Below are positions 12,460-22,216 of a stretch of 64,000 nucleotides of DNA, piece by piece. This DNA is from Setoptus koraiensis (Eukaryota > Animalia > Arthropoda). The stretch lies in contig CM106586.1 of NCBI GenBank assembly GCA_048013815.1, positions 9,300,001 to 9,364,000 on the forward strand, written 5' to 3'. The position numbers were made by a program, and so were the translations under genes. The notes beneath the pieces are model-generated. The model ran no database searches and had not been told where the DNA came from. It worked only from the letters and a program-made list of their open reading frames with translations. Each line of letters begins with the position of its first letter. Positions within the stretch are counted from its first letter, which is position 1.

Positions 12460-12798
12460 GTCTCCCGATCAAAGAGATCAATTGATTGTGCCACCATAAA
12501 AAACAACAAGAGCTCATGCTGCCGAGAGTCCTTCTATGTCAATTTCACTGATATAGGCTGGGATAAGTGGATTCTTCATCCGCCAGGATACTATGCCAAT
12601 TATTGCAAAGGTCATTGCGATTTGTCTCATGCTCGCTTCTATCATTCGTCTATCTTGAGTAGATTCTCTAATTTAATTACCTTGTGCTGCTCGCCGAAAC
12701 AAATGTCTCATCTGACATTGATATACCTGGACCAAGATCACCAACTACATCAGAAAGTGATGCCTGATATGACAGTGGAAAGTTGTGATTGCTCTTGA
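12460..12798 (+). CDS. TGF-beta ligand last exon (furin site plus mature cystine knot)
   Basis: VSRSKR-SIDCATIKNNKSSCCRESFYVNFTDIGWDKWILHPPGYYANYCKGHC...LCCSPKQMSHLTLIYLD...MPDMTVESCDCS*; 9-Cys activin/myostatin-branch pattern. Missing from the ORF track. Confidence 0.92.
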   Translation, partial: VSRSKRSIDCATIKNNKSSCCRESFYVNFTDIGWDKWILHPPGYYANYCKGHCDLSHARFYHSSILSRFSNLITLCCSPKQMSHLTLIYLDQDHQLHQKVMPDMTVESCDCS

Positions 12799-13376
12799 AA
12801 GAAACAAACAGCATCTGATTCAGAGAAACTGTGGAAATGAAACTATCGGCCATCGACTGGCGCTTTTAGGTCAATGATGATACTGCAGTTGTCATCGAAA
12901 CGACGTTATGAGTTGAGGCAGATCACCTCTTATTCTGGGCATCGTCGTGGACAAACATCTACCTGGAGCAATCAAGGACACTAGCAGACCCAACATGCCA
13001 GAATGGTTACCGATGAAGATGAAATTCCAATAGAAATTAGTGAAATATGATCTCGTTGTTCTTGTAGTCCTTAAAGTATTATCAGTATAATATGAAATGT
13101 TAGCTTAGGTGAAAATATTAGTCAGTTTGCTGCCAGCAAAGCCGAGATTTAGTATAATTTGATTAATAAAATAACAAAACCATCAGGTTCAATGTGAGAC
13201 ACATTGAACCTTTTGATAGCCGGAAGCGGGTGTGGCATAATTTTCTGTGATCATTCGCTAATGGCGATTATATATTTATTATTCAATAAAGATATCATTG
13301 TTAAATACAAAACATCGATCGATTGCCAATCAACGAATGTGGAAAACGATGACCATTGGTGTGGGTAACTTGCAGC

Positions 13377-13579
13377 TTACTGTGCAACAGGGGCCATGCT
13401 ACCGCGACCAAAACCAGAGCTTGCGTAACCGCCACGACCGCCTCCGTAACCTCCTCGGCCGTAACCGCCCATACCACCAGATTCGCCGGCAGCCCTGTAA
13501 CCGCCAGACCTATATCCACCTCCGAAACCTCCGTCCCTCGGTGGTCTGTCTGATTGTGTACGGTCTGAATCGCCGAGTG
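13377..13579 (-). CDS. RpS10: 40S ribosomal protein S10 exon 2 (G/R/Y-rich tail)
   Basis: Acceptor ATGCAG|CA, phase 1; reads PLGDSDRTQSDRPPRDGGFGGGYRSGGY...GFGRGSMAPVAQ*. Confidence 0.85.
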
Positions 13580-13738
13580 CTGCATGTGTAGGAATTGTGA
13601 GGGTGAAAGATTAGTTGTGTGATGGTGAATCACAATTAATACGAAAATTTCAACAAAACAATCTGAGGAATGTGAGTCTATGAGCAGAGGTACTGCAGTG
13701 AGAGACTCTTCGGATCAATAGTCTACATGCATACTTAC

Positions 13739-14048
13739 GTTTGCCTGCCTTTTTTCTTGGGTCGTCTTTCTTGAGAGTTTCGGGTAGTGTCTGTGATGGT
13801 AAATGTAAATAATCCCTAAGATATTGGATGCCTTCGTTTGTGAGATACCAGTAGTAGTGTCTCCAGGCGAATTGTTCTTTTACGTATCCCCTCGATTTCA
13901 TTGATTGTAAGGCCTTGATGACATGGAGATTTGGTACATCGTGCACATGTGGATGTTTGGGAGCATTGAAATCCTTCTTGGCCACTATGACTCCTTTCTC
14001 TAGCAAATACGAGTAGATAGCTTTACGGTTCTTATTGGGCATCAACAT
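13739..14048 (-). CDS. RpS10: 40S ribosomal protein S10 exon 1
   Basis: [32 protein letters not shown]...[31 protein letters not shown], the eS10 signature; donor C|GTAAGT. Confidence 0.97.
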
Positions 14049-14343
14049 CTTGTCTAGATTTTATTCAATTGAATCGTGCCTGGAGTTTAAATTAAATGTT
14101 GTTAATGGTTATTATTCAAGAATAGTACCCCTCGGAATAGTGTTTATCCTAGATTGATCATTTAATATTGTGACAGGCTAATAATAGATAATTAATTAGT
14201 AGTTCTAAATGATGATGATGATAATATTAGTTATCCTGGCAAGTTTGGGCATCGAATAATATATAAGTTGACCACGCGATATGCAGTTAATGCAGTATGA
14301 TGAACATCAGTGAGCCTGCTGCTGCATGCGGTTCGCAACACAC

Positions 14344-14353
14344 AAAAAGGAAG
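14344..14353 (-). promoter_or_regulatory. TCT/TOP polypyrimidine initiator of RpS10
   Basis: Minus strand CTTCCTTTTT about 300 nt upstream of the RpS10 ATG, as expected for ribosomal-protein genes. Confidence 0.7.
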
Positions 14354-14366
14354 TGTTCGCGTTCGC

Positions 14367-14400
14367 TGTTTTTGCGGCGCCAGATTCGAACTGACGAAAG
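14367..14400. promoter_or_regulatory. 34-bp element in the RpS10/AP1G1 divergent promoter (copy 1)
   Basis: TGTTTTTGCGGCGCCAGATTCGAACTGACGAAAG, identical to 17256-17289. Confidence 0.8.
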
Positions 14401-14653
14401 GTCAGAAATTCTATTGAATAACGCGCTCCGATCATTTTGCTGAAATCAAAACATACGCCGACAACAATATTGGCGTAACACTCGCATATTGCAGTGACAA
14501 CAACACAGATGCAACTAGCTGGAGTTGTTTGGTATTATTAGATACTATTGTTGTATCACACTGATATCTTAGGTTATCATTATTATCCCTTCTATCTTAA
14601 ATTAATTATCAATCAATTTATCATCATTTGTACGATACTGGATCATACGCATC

Positions 14654-16846
14654 ATGGACAACATACAGCAAACTATATTGTCGAAATTTAGCATCCAAGC
14701 GCCCATCAGGCTACGGGACCTAATTAGACAGATCAGGGCAGCCAGGACGGCCGCCGATGAGAGGGCCGTCGTCCACAAGGAATGCGCCTACATTCGAACA
14801 ACATTCCGCCAAGAAGACAATTTATGGAGGTGCAGAAATGTTGCAAAGTTATTATATATTCATATGCTCGGTTACCCAGCTCATTTTGGTCAGCTAGAAT
14901 GCCTAAAACTGATTGCTTCGCCTCGGTACACGGATAAAAGAATTGGCTATCTAGGTGCAATGTTGTTACTGGATGAGCGACAGGATGTTCATTTGTTAAT
15001 TACTAATTCCCTCAAGAATGATCTCAACAATTCCGAACAATTCGTCGTAGGATTAGCTCTTTGCGCACTCGGAGCAATATGTTCGCCTGAAATGAGCAGA
15101 GACCTAGCTGGAGAAGTAGAACGCCTCATGAAATCATCCGCACCTTATATTAAAAAGAAAGCCATCTTGTGCGCCGCAAGAATGATCAGAAAAGAGCCTG
15201 AATTAATGGAGATGTTTATTCCAGCCACTCGGACATTGTTAAATGAGAGGAATCATGGCGTTCTTATTGCTAGCATTGTTCTTATAACTGAAATGAGCGA
15301 AAAAAGTCTAGATACTTTGAGTTACATGAAAAAATCCATCCCTACCCTCGTCAAACTAATGAAAAATCTTATAATGTCTGGCTACTCGCCTGATCATGAT
15401 GTCTGCGGTATTAGTGATCCATTCCTTCAAGTTAAAATACTTAGATTGCTCAGAATATTTGGTCATAACGACACCGAGGGAAGTGAAGCAATGACCGATG
15501 TTCTTGCTCAAGTGGCAACCAACACGGAAAGCAGCAAAAATGTAGGCAATGCAATTTTATATGAAACCGTCCTAACTATTATGGAAATCAAATCAGAAAG
15601 TGGCCTCAGGGTTTTAGCAATCAATATTCTTGGAAGATTTTTACTTAATATGGATAAAAACATACGTTATGTCGCATTGGAAACTTTGTTAAAAACTGCC
15701 CAAACAGAATACAATGCTGTTCAACGTCACAGAAGGACAATTAATGAATGTTTGAAGGATATGGATACATCCATTCAGAAAAAAGCGATGGAGTTGTGCT
15801 TTTTATTAATTAATTCTTATAACTACAAAACTATGACGAAAGATTTGATATGTTTTCTAAGTCGTGCCGATTCGGAGCTCAAGGAGATATGCGCATCGAA
15901 TCTCTGTATTTGTGCGGAGAAATTTGCCCCAAATACCAAAGTTAGGATCGACACCATGATCAAGGTATTAACTACTGCCGGCAATTATGTGAGGGATGAT
16001 GTCGTTGGGACCCTTTGTCAGCTCATATCGGATTCTTCCACGTTGCATGCATATTGTGTACAACACTTATGGCGACAATTGAAGGGCGATTTGGATACAA
16101 TGCAACCTTTAGTCCAAGTAGCTATGTGGTGCCTAGGAGAGTATGGTGATCTTATAAATGAAGATGTATCCTCTATTGAAAATTCATCTGCAAGCCAAAC
16201 TTGCACTCTTGGCTCTGATGACGTTAGCCCTGTGAGTGATACAGTTTTAACTGACAAATTCGCAGCGTTGGATGAAGAGCTGAAAGACGAAATACCAGAT
16301 ATGATCGGGATTGATGTTGTTCCCATTACTAAGATATCACAGAGAGAACATATAAATGAAGAGGATATTATTGAGAAATGTCGTTCTGTTTTAACCCATC
16401 CACTTGTCACCATATCAACTAGAGAATATACATTATGTGCCTTATTTAAGTTGAGCGTTCGTTATCCGAACCAATCGGCCGAAGTGAAACGACTCACCGA
16501 TGGCTTCACAACAAATCTAAGTATTGAATTACAACAGAGATCTATTGAGTTTTCATCCATATTTTCACGTCACGAAGATCTTATGCCGGCAGTATTTGAG
16601 CGCATGCCTCCAATGGAAAAACCGAATAACAATAACTCGGAAAAACAACAACAGATACCTGATGATAGTCCAGCTTTATTAGATGAAAATCTAACGGATT
16701 CGCAATCTATTCTAGCAGATAGTGGCGCCGGTGAAGAGTTGCTGGCGGCTTTCAGTAGCGTCACGCCATCGGCTACAATAGTAAACAACAATGGACCAGA
16801 TCAATTGCAAACCCTCAAGGATCTGGATGAACTGATCAAATGGTGA
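14654..16846 (+). CDS. AP1G1: AP-1 complex subunit gamma, intronless, trunk plus hinge only (730 aa)
   Basis: [17 protein letters not shown]...[47 protein letters not shown]...[13 protein letters not shown]; AATAAA at 16856-16861. Confidence 0.96.
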   Translation: MDNIQQTILSKFSIQAPIRLRDLIRQIRAARTAADERAVVHKECAYIRTTFRQEDNLWRCRNVAKLLYIHMLGYPAHFGQLECLKLIASPRYTDKRIGYLGAMLLLDERQDVHLLITNSLKNDLNNSEQFVVGLALCALGAICSPEMSRDLAGEVERLMKSSAPYIKKKAILCAARMIRKEPELMEMFIPATRTLLNERNHGVLIASIVLITEMSEKSLDTLSYMKKSIPTLVKLMKNLIMSGYSPDHDVCGISDPFLQVKILRLLRIFGHNDTEGSEAMTDVLAQVATNTESSKNVGNAILYETVLTIMEIKSESGLRVLAINILGRFLLNMDKNIRYVALETLLKTAQTEYNAVQRHRRTINECLKDMDTSIQKKAMELCFLLINSYNYKTMTKDLICFLSRADSELKEICASNLCICAEKFAPNTKVRIDTMIKVLTTAGNYVRDDVVGTLCQLISDSSTLHAYCVQHLWRQLKGDLDTMQPLVQVAMWCLGEYGDLINEDVSSIENSSASQTCTLGSDDVSPVSDTVLTDKFAALDEELKDEIPDMIGIDVVPITKISQREHINEEDIIEKCRSVLTHPLVTISTREYTLCALFKLSVRYPNQSAEVKRLTDGFTTNLSIELQQRSIEFSSIFSRHEDLMPAVFERMPPMEKPNNNNSEKQQQIPDDSPALLDENLTDSQSILADSGAGEELLAAFSSVTPSATIVNNNGPDQLQTLKDLDELIKW

Positions 16847-16865
16847 AATATTGAAAATAAACAAT

Positions 16866-17072
16866 CTATTTATCAAATCTGTCTAGTTTGTCTCTCTCCT
16901 CCGGTATGGCGCTCAAGATTGGCCGCTTTAGCTCGGCCAAATATGCCTCCGGGATGTTTCGATACTTCTCGATTGAAGTTATGCCGTTTGTGGCTAGCAT
17001 GTAGCCTCCCAAGGCGGTGATCCCTAACAAATAAGCGGCTCCAATGAGCGGGCCTTTAGACTTGATCGACAT
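16866..17072 (-). CDS. 68-aa single-pass membrane microprotein, family not recognised
   Basis: ATG in AAAAATG context; hydrophobic LIGAAYLLGITALGGYMLA then a charged tail; has an upstream promoter copy and a minus-strand AATAAA at 16675-16680. Confidence 0.6.
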   Translation of the reverse strand: MSIKSKGPLIGAAYLLGITALGGYMLATNGITSIEKYRNIPEAYLAELKRPILSAIPEERDKLDRFDK

Positions 17073-17074
17073 TT

Positions 17075-17289
17075 TTAATGGTGTTGGTGTTATTAAAAAA
17101 TAATATTACTCAAAAGAGCGTTTATCCTAGGTTGGTCGTCTAATATTGTGTCAGGATATTGGTCCTTGATTGGAAATTCTAAATGATGATAAACTGAAGA
17201 CTGTTGAACATTAAATGGTGGGGCGGTTGCTCGCAACACTCATTTAAGTGATCGTTGTTTTTGCGGCGCCAGATTCGAACTGACGAAAG
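17075..17289 (-). promoter_or_regulatory. Diverged duplicate of the RpS10 promoter and 5' leader (copy 2)
   Basis: Collinear blocks: 17117-17155 vs 14139-14177 (33/39), 17177-17190 vs 14203-14216 (14/14), 17223-17239 vs 14328-14341, 17256-17289 vs 14367-14400 (34/34). Confidence 0.85.
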
Positions 17290-17397
17290 ATGAGAGTTTC
17301 TTGTTTGTTGTTACGTTTTGTCACAATAGTCTCTACACACAGTTCGTAGAGTATATCTAGGTAGGTTTAGCGAATTCTGATTACGTAGGTTGATGTC

Positions 17398-17556
17398 ATC
17401 TTCTCAGAATAGATAGACCAGTGATAAAATTATTGTTAAATTAAAATTTTATCACTGGTCTATCTATTCTGAAAAGATACACAAGAAAAGAATTGAAAGA
17501 GCTTATCACAAGGATATCACAAAAATAAGTTCTTTCAATTCCTTTCTTGTGTATCT
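17398..17556. other. Two adjacent long inverted repeats (hairpins)
   Basis: Arms 17398-17431/17445-17478 (34 bp, 1 mismatch) and 17475-17506/17525-17556 (32 bp, 1 mismatch, 1 G-U). Confidence 0.9.
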
Positions 17557-18277
17557 GATGTATTAATATCTTTTGCGGTAAAAAGCTGAATGACTAGTGA
17601 ATTCCGCGTTTGATTGGAACGGTATTTTGAGTGGATTCTAGCCTAATTTTTGATGTTTACTTTTCAAGTTTCACTTGTTTAACTCAACGCGACTGATTCA
17701 GTACCAGTCCTATTTATATCAAGCTTGCTGACGCGTGATTCATTGCCGCAGGAAGTTTTTAAAAAGACGCCCCTGTATTTCGCAACAAGATACAATAGCA
17801 CTTTGGTAGATCCGAGCTTAATCGTCAGGAGGCTTACCTTATGAGTTTAATTCGGAATAACTGAATCAAAACCGCCACAAGTAGAGATGTTTACCCTTTT
17901 TCTCTATTGAAACATCGGTATATCTCCAAGACTGGCTGTACCCCTGTAAGAGAGATCCTCGAATCTATAATCGCCCCAGTATTGAGTAATTGATGCACCA
18001 GCTATTGCGAGACTTAGAATAAACTTAGTTAGTAATTCAACAAAGATTGTTTATTTGTTTCACTTGATATATACAAGGCAAAAAGGTAGTGATTACACAA
18101 TATACAAGATATAAATATTGCATTGTATTGTTGGAATAGTTGAAGTTGCGTAAGTAAATTGCGTAAGATTTCTAGTGTCTATGTTGATTGTTTGTTTGTG
18201 ATTTGTTTGTTTGTCTGTGTTACTGAAAACCTGATTAGTTGGTTGTGTCAAGCTTCTCACTATTGTTAATTTAATCA

Positions 18278-18970
18278 TCAATGTAGCATCCTCGTTTGTC
18301 TGTCATCATCTATGTCCTCTTCGTCGCTCCTTTCCTCGCTATCATGATCGTCATTGTGATGATGCAAATGATGATGATGAGGGTGAATGTTGTTCGACTG
18401 TTGTTGTTGTTGTTGACTCGCTCTGAGATGATTGTTTGTTTGACTTCTCTCAGACGACCAACTTGTGCCACTATAAACCGATCTCTCGGACATGTGATCA
18501 GCGGCCTGGTGATGCTGATGATGATGATTGTGATTATCCTCTTCGCTGTCGGTTTCTTCATCGTCCGAGCGACCATTGTTGGCGTCTAATAGGTGAGGGG
18601 GCCTGTGATGATGTTGTGCAGCCAAATGGGCAGCAGGTATAATCCTTTTTGAGCTAGGTACGCCGCCCATGGCCGACGCAACAATCACCTGTGATGAATT
18701 TTGGTTTAGCAGATTGTTGACGTCTTGCTGACCAGCAGAACTGTTTACGTTGTGTTGCTGTTGAACCGTTATATGATTGGCGTGTGGAATGACAAGATTG
18801 GCTTTGGCGACACCCGCGGGCCCTGAATTGGTCAAATTGACCTGACTGAGATTTCTGGCCAATGTCAGTGGCGGTTGTTGCATGAGCATGGCATCGTGAG
18901 CTAGTTGCTGTTGTCGGTTTCTGGCTGTGTGTTGTTGATTCTGATCGAATCCATTGTGATTCTTGTTACT

Positions 18971-19006
<36 letters not shown>

Positions 19007-19954
19007 GCTGTTGGTATGATTGCCGGAGCCAGAGGATCGCTTGTACGATATCAAACTATCCACGTACTCGCTACTGTTTGCTCCGTCACCTGTTGAATAG
19101 GTGGAATTTGAGTGGTGACCGTTGGTCATTTGGCTCACTATGGCCAGGTCGCGACCGCTCATGTAGGCGTTTGGGTTGGCGCCCATGAGGGCGCCCTGTT
19201 GTCCCTTTTGATGGTTGGTCATAAGGGGATTCTTGAGGCTGTACAGGCGCTGTTGCTGTTCCCACAGTGACTGTTGGCCCGTTGAGGCATTAGATTTGTT
19301 TGCTTTACAAGTGGAACACAACAATAGTATGGCCAATATAGAGCCCACGAATATAACGGAACTTAGCGCTATTATGGCAATCTCTGTAGCGCCCATTTGG
19401 CTTATCTTTTCTTGTACAGTGACGCCCTGAATGCGACGTATCTTGAACTGATGCAAATGAGACAATATAGTCTGAGATGATTGTCTGAACACATTGAGTA
19501 GGGTCTCTGTGTCAACAATGTTATTTAGGGACGGATTAACCGCATACAGGAACATATCCGTGCTGAATGGTTCTGGACTTTCGCCCTCCATGTGCGGCTC
19601 TAATTTGGCCATTTTAACCTCAAATCCTGTTACGTTGCTAAGATAATTGATGACATCAGCTGAGCGTTTTTCCATCACAATAGGCTCGGTGTCTGTCACC
19701 ATGAGCACCATTTTAGTCTCTGGCAGCACATACACAAATATGGGCGTAGAGGCCGAGTTTCCGTTTTCGGCGCCGTCGCGATCCGTTGCCTTGACATCGA
19801 AATTGTACAGGCGTCCGTTGTCCAGGGCAAAGTTGACCATTGATCTCACTATGCCCGTGCTGGGATCTATGTAGAATTTGCTGGAGGCGTCGTCGCCGCG
19901 CGAAACAATCTCGTACTTGATGAGAGCGTTCAGGCCAATGTCCTGGTCCTTGGC
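18278..19954 (-). CDS. Cad89D: Cadherin last exon: final EC, membrane-proximal domain, TM, N/Q/H-rich tail
   Basis: Acceptor CGCCAG|GCC; AKDQDIGLNALIKY...; TM EIAIIALSSVIFVGSILAILLLC; TGA at 18278-18280. Confidence 0.9.
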
Positions 19955-20092
19955 CTGGCGATGGTGCGGCGATATTGGATTGGCGGTTATGTTGGGTTTG
20001 TTGGTTGGATAAATGCGGCAAACAATTACAGTTAGTAACAATGTTTCATGACAATGTCAGACAATGCAATCATATATCAATGGGCTGCTTAC

Positions 20093-20505
20093 CGTAACGC
20101 GAGCGATCTCGTAGCCGAATGAGGCCTCGAGCGGTATCGCGGACACTATGGGCTTGTTTTTGTTTGTGAACACTGGCGCGCAATCGTTCTCGTCCTCGAC
20201 ATTGATGGACACAAACGTCTCGTCGTAGGCCAAATGGTAGCTTTGCAGCGACGTGACATTGTGCGCCATTGTCTGATGATGGTACCGGAAGTTAGCGGGT
20301 AGCTCGTGGCCGACGCTGCCTATTGAGGGCTGCGTCGAGGTGAGCGTCGAAGCCGACCAACGGCCATTGATGTCTCGCTTCTGGCGAGCGCCATTCAAAT
20401 TGCCCGTTTCGGCCTTGATCTTGACAGTGTAACTGTCTCGTCGTTCTCTGTCTAGACTCTTCACCACGGACAAGCGGCCGGTGTCTGGCTCAATTCGGAA
20501 CAGGC
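20093..20505 (-). CDS. Cad89D: Cadherin exon
   Basis: GLFRIEPDTGRLSVVKSLDRERRDSY...VEDENDCAPVF...IARVT; phases 1 to 0. Confidence 0.92.
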
Positions 20506-20667
20506 CTGTTATGCGTGATGATAGGATGAAATAGTTTGTCAGTACACTATGATGGTTTGTTAGCACGCAATGATAGTTTCTTAATGGCGCGTCGAGCGAA
20601 TCACAAAAGTAAATCCGTTCGCTAGTGGGTGCCAATCAACACCAATTTGCCTAGCTCATCAACTTAC

Positions 20668-20839
20668 CCCTGTGATCGGTGCCCACAATGGAATATTGCA
20701 CGGGCTGATGAATCATTTCGTCGGTGGAGTTAAGATCGATGAGAACTAAGGGGGCCAGTTGATTCTCGAGCACGTTGACCTCGTAGACGCGCTGCGAGAA
20801 CAGTCGCACTCCCTGTCCAGTGCCCACCAAAATGTTTAT
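20668..20839 (-). CDS. Cad89D: Cadherin exon
   Basis: INILVGTGQGVRLFSQRVYEVNVLENQ...YSIVGTDHR; phases 0 to 1. Confidence 0.9.
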
Positions 20840-20982
20840 CTGTTTATCGTTTGATTGCGTAATTATCAATGGTCAGATCGATTTTCGGATGATTGATTAA
20901 CATTGAGAACAGATTGATTGTCGGTTAGCTGTTTGTCACATCATCGGCACAGTCATACTAATTGATTATTGCGACAACTCAC

Positions 20983-21140
20983 CTCTGCCGTGTCAAACTT
21001 GGGCGGGTCGCTCTCGTCTTGGGCCCTCACAAGCAGCCTGTAATGGTTCCTCTGGACACTGTCCAACGGTTGGGCCAGTTTTATGTGGCCGCTGTTTGGC
21101 TCAATGGTGAACGTCTCAGTGGAATCGGATCCCGGCGCGC
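20983..21140 (-). CDS. Cad89D: Cadherin exon
   Basis: APGSDSTETFTIEPNSGHIKLAQPLDSVQRNHYRLLVRAQDESDPPKFDTAE; phases 1 to 0. Confidence 0.9.
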
Positions 21141-21317
21141 CTGCAGCACGTTATGCGACACGATTAGTTAGACCATTAGTTAGTTGAGTTGAGTGAGTGC
21201 GAGATTTTCGCCACACTATCATGTATCTATTATGTTACCCATCTATTAATATAAATATTATGCTAATTGATCAATTAATCAACTAATCAATTGATTGATT
21301 GATTGATTGGTACTCAC

Positions 21318-21575
21318 CGGACCAGGAATATTTGAAGGCGCCCTTGCCGGCGTTGAGCACGAATATTGTGTCGCCCAACTTGGCATTTTCTGCCACCTCA
21401 AGCGTGTACACTGCCTTGGCAAAATTTGGCACCGCGTCGTTCATGTCGGCCACCGTGATCCACAGTTTGGCCATAGAGCTCAAGCTTGGAGTTCCGCGAT
21501 CATAGGCGATGATGGTGATATTGTAAAAGTTTTTCTGTTCATAGTCGAGACTGGCCAGAGTCCACACGGTTCCGT
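21318..21575 (-). CDS. Cad89D: Cadherin exon
   Basis: DGTVWTLASLDYEQKNFYNITIIAYDRGTPSLSS...ADMNDAVPNF; phases 1 to 1. Confidence 0.92.
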
Positions 21576-22113
21576 CTGCGTGCGAGATGCGTTAACAATT
21601 TAAGCGAGATTCAAAGAGTTGAAATTAGTACTACAGTCCGTAGTATTCAGCTTACGAGTAGCTGAGCTGATGACAAGCGAATCTGGTAACAATCGTAATC
21701 ATATGCTACCAGTCATGTATTTAATCAATTGCCTAATTAATGAATTGACCGGCACCAACGACAGAGCAGCAACAACTGCCGAAATTGCGCCAACGTCGAG
21801 GCTAAATGGAAAAAACTTTTAAACAGTGTGTCGAACACAGGGACCAACTGTTTAAAAGTTGAACTGTTTGGGTTGGCACAGAGGCCCAGAAAACATTGGC
21901 CACGTTTGAACAATGCCAATGCGTAATACAATGCGTTTTTCCCAAGTGCAATTACCCAAAAGTGGGCCACTTTTCGGTGCCCAATTTGCAATTTACTGGC
22001 CCCAATCAATTTACTGCCCCCAATCAATTTACTGCCCCCAATCAATCGACATTGTGACTTTGTAGCCAGTAACAAAGTAAATAACAAAGCAGTTGCTTTG
22101 GTTTGGCGCTTAC

Positions 22114-22216
22114 CTTTGCCGTCGATGTAGAACTTGCCGTCGTGACCGTCGCCTAATTTATAAAACACTTGACCGTTTTCGCCCGAATCCGGGTCAAATG
22201 CTGCTATCTGGGTTAC
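22114..22216 (-). CDS. Cad89D: Cadherin exon
   Basis: VTQIAAFDPDSGENGQVFYKLGDGHDGKFYIDGK; phases 0 to 1. Confidence 0.92.

Noticed and set aside
13185-13211. 12-bp perfect hairpin between TGF-beta and RpS10 3' ends
   Set aside because: Too short to assign; bacterial-type terminator logic does not apply.
17570-18045. Stop-interrupted minus-strand frame (FILSLAIAGASITQYWGDY...) as viral or secreted-gene remnant
   Set aside because: No start, several stops, no motif recognised; probably 3' UTR or intergenic. A tblastx search would settle it.
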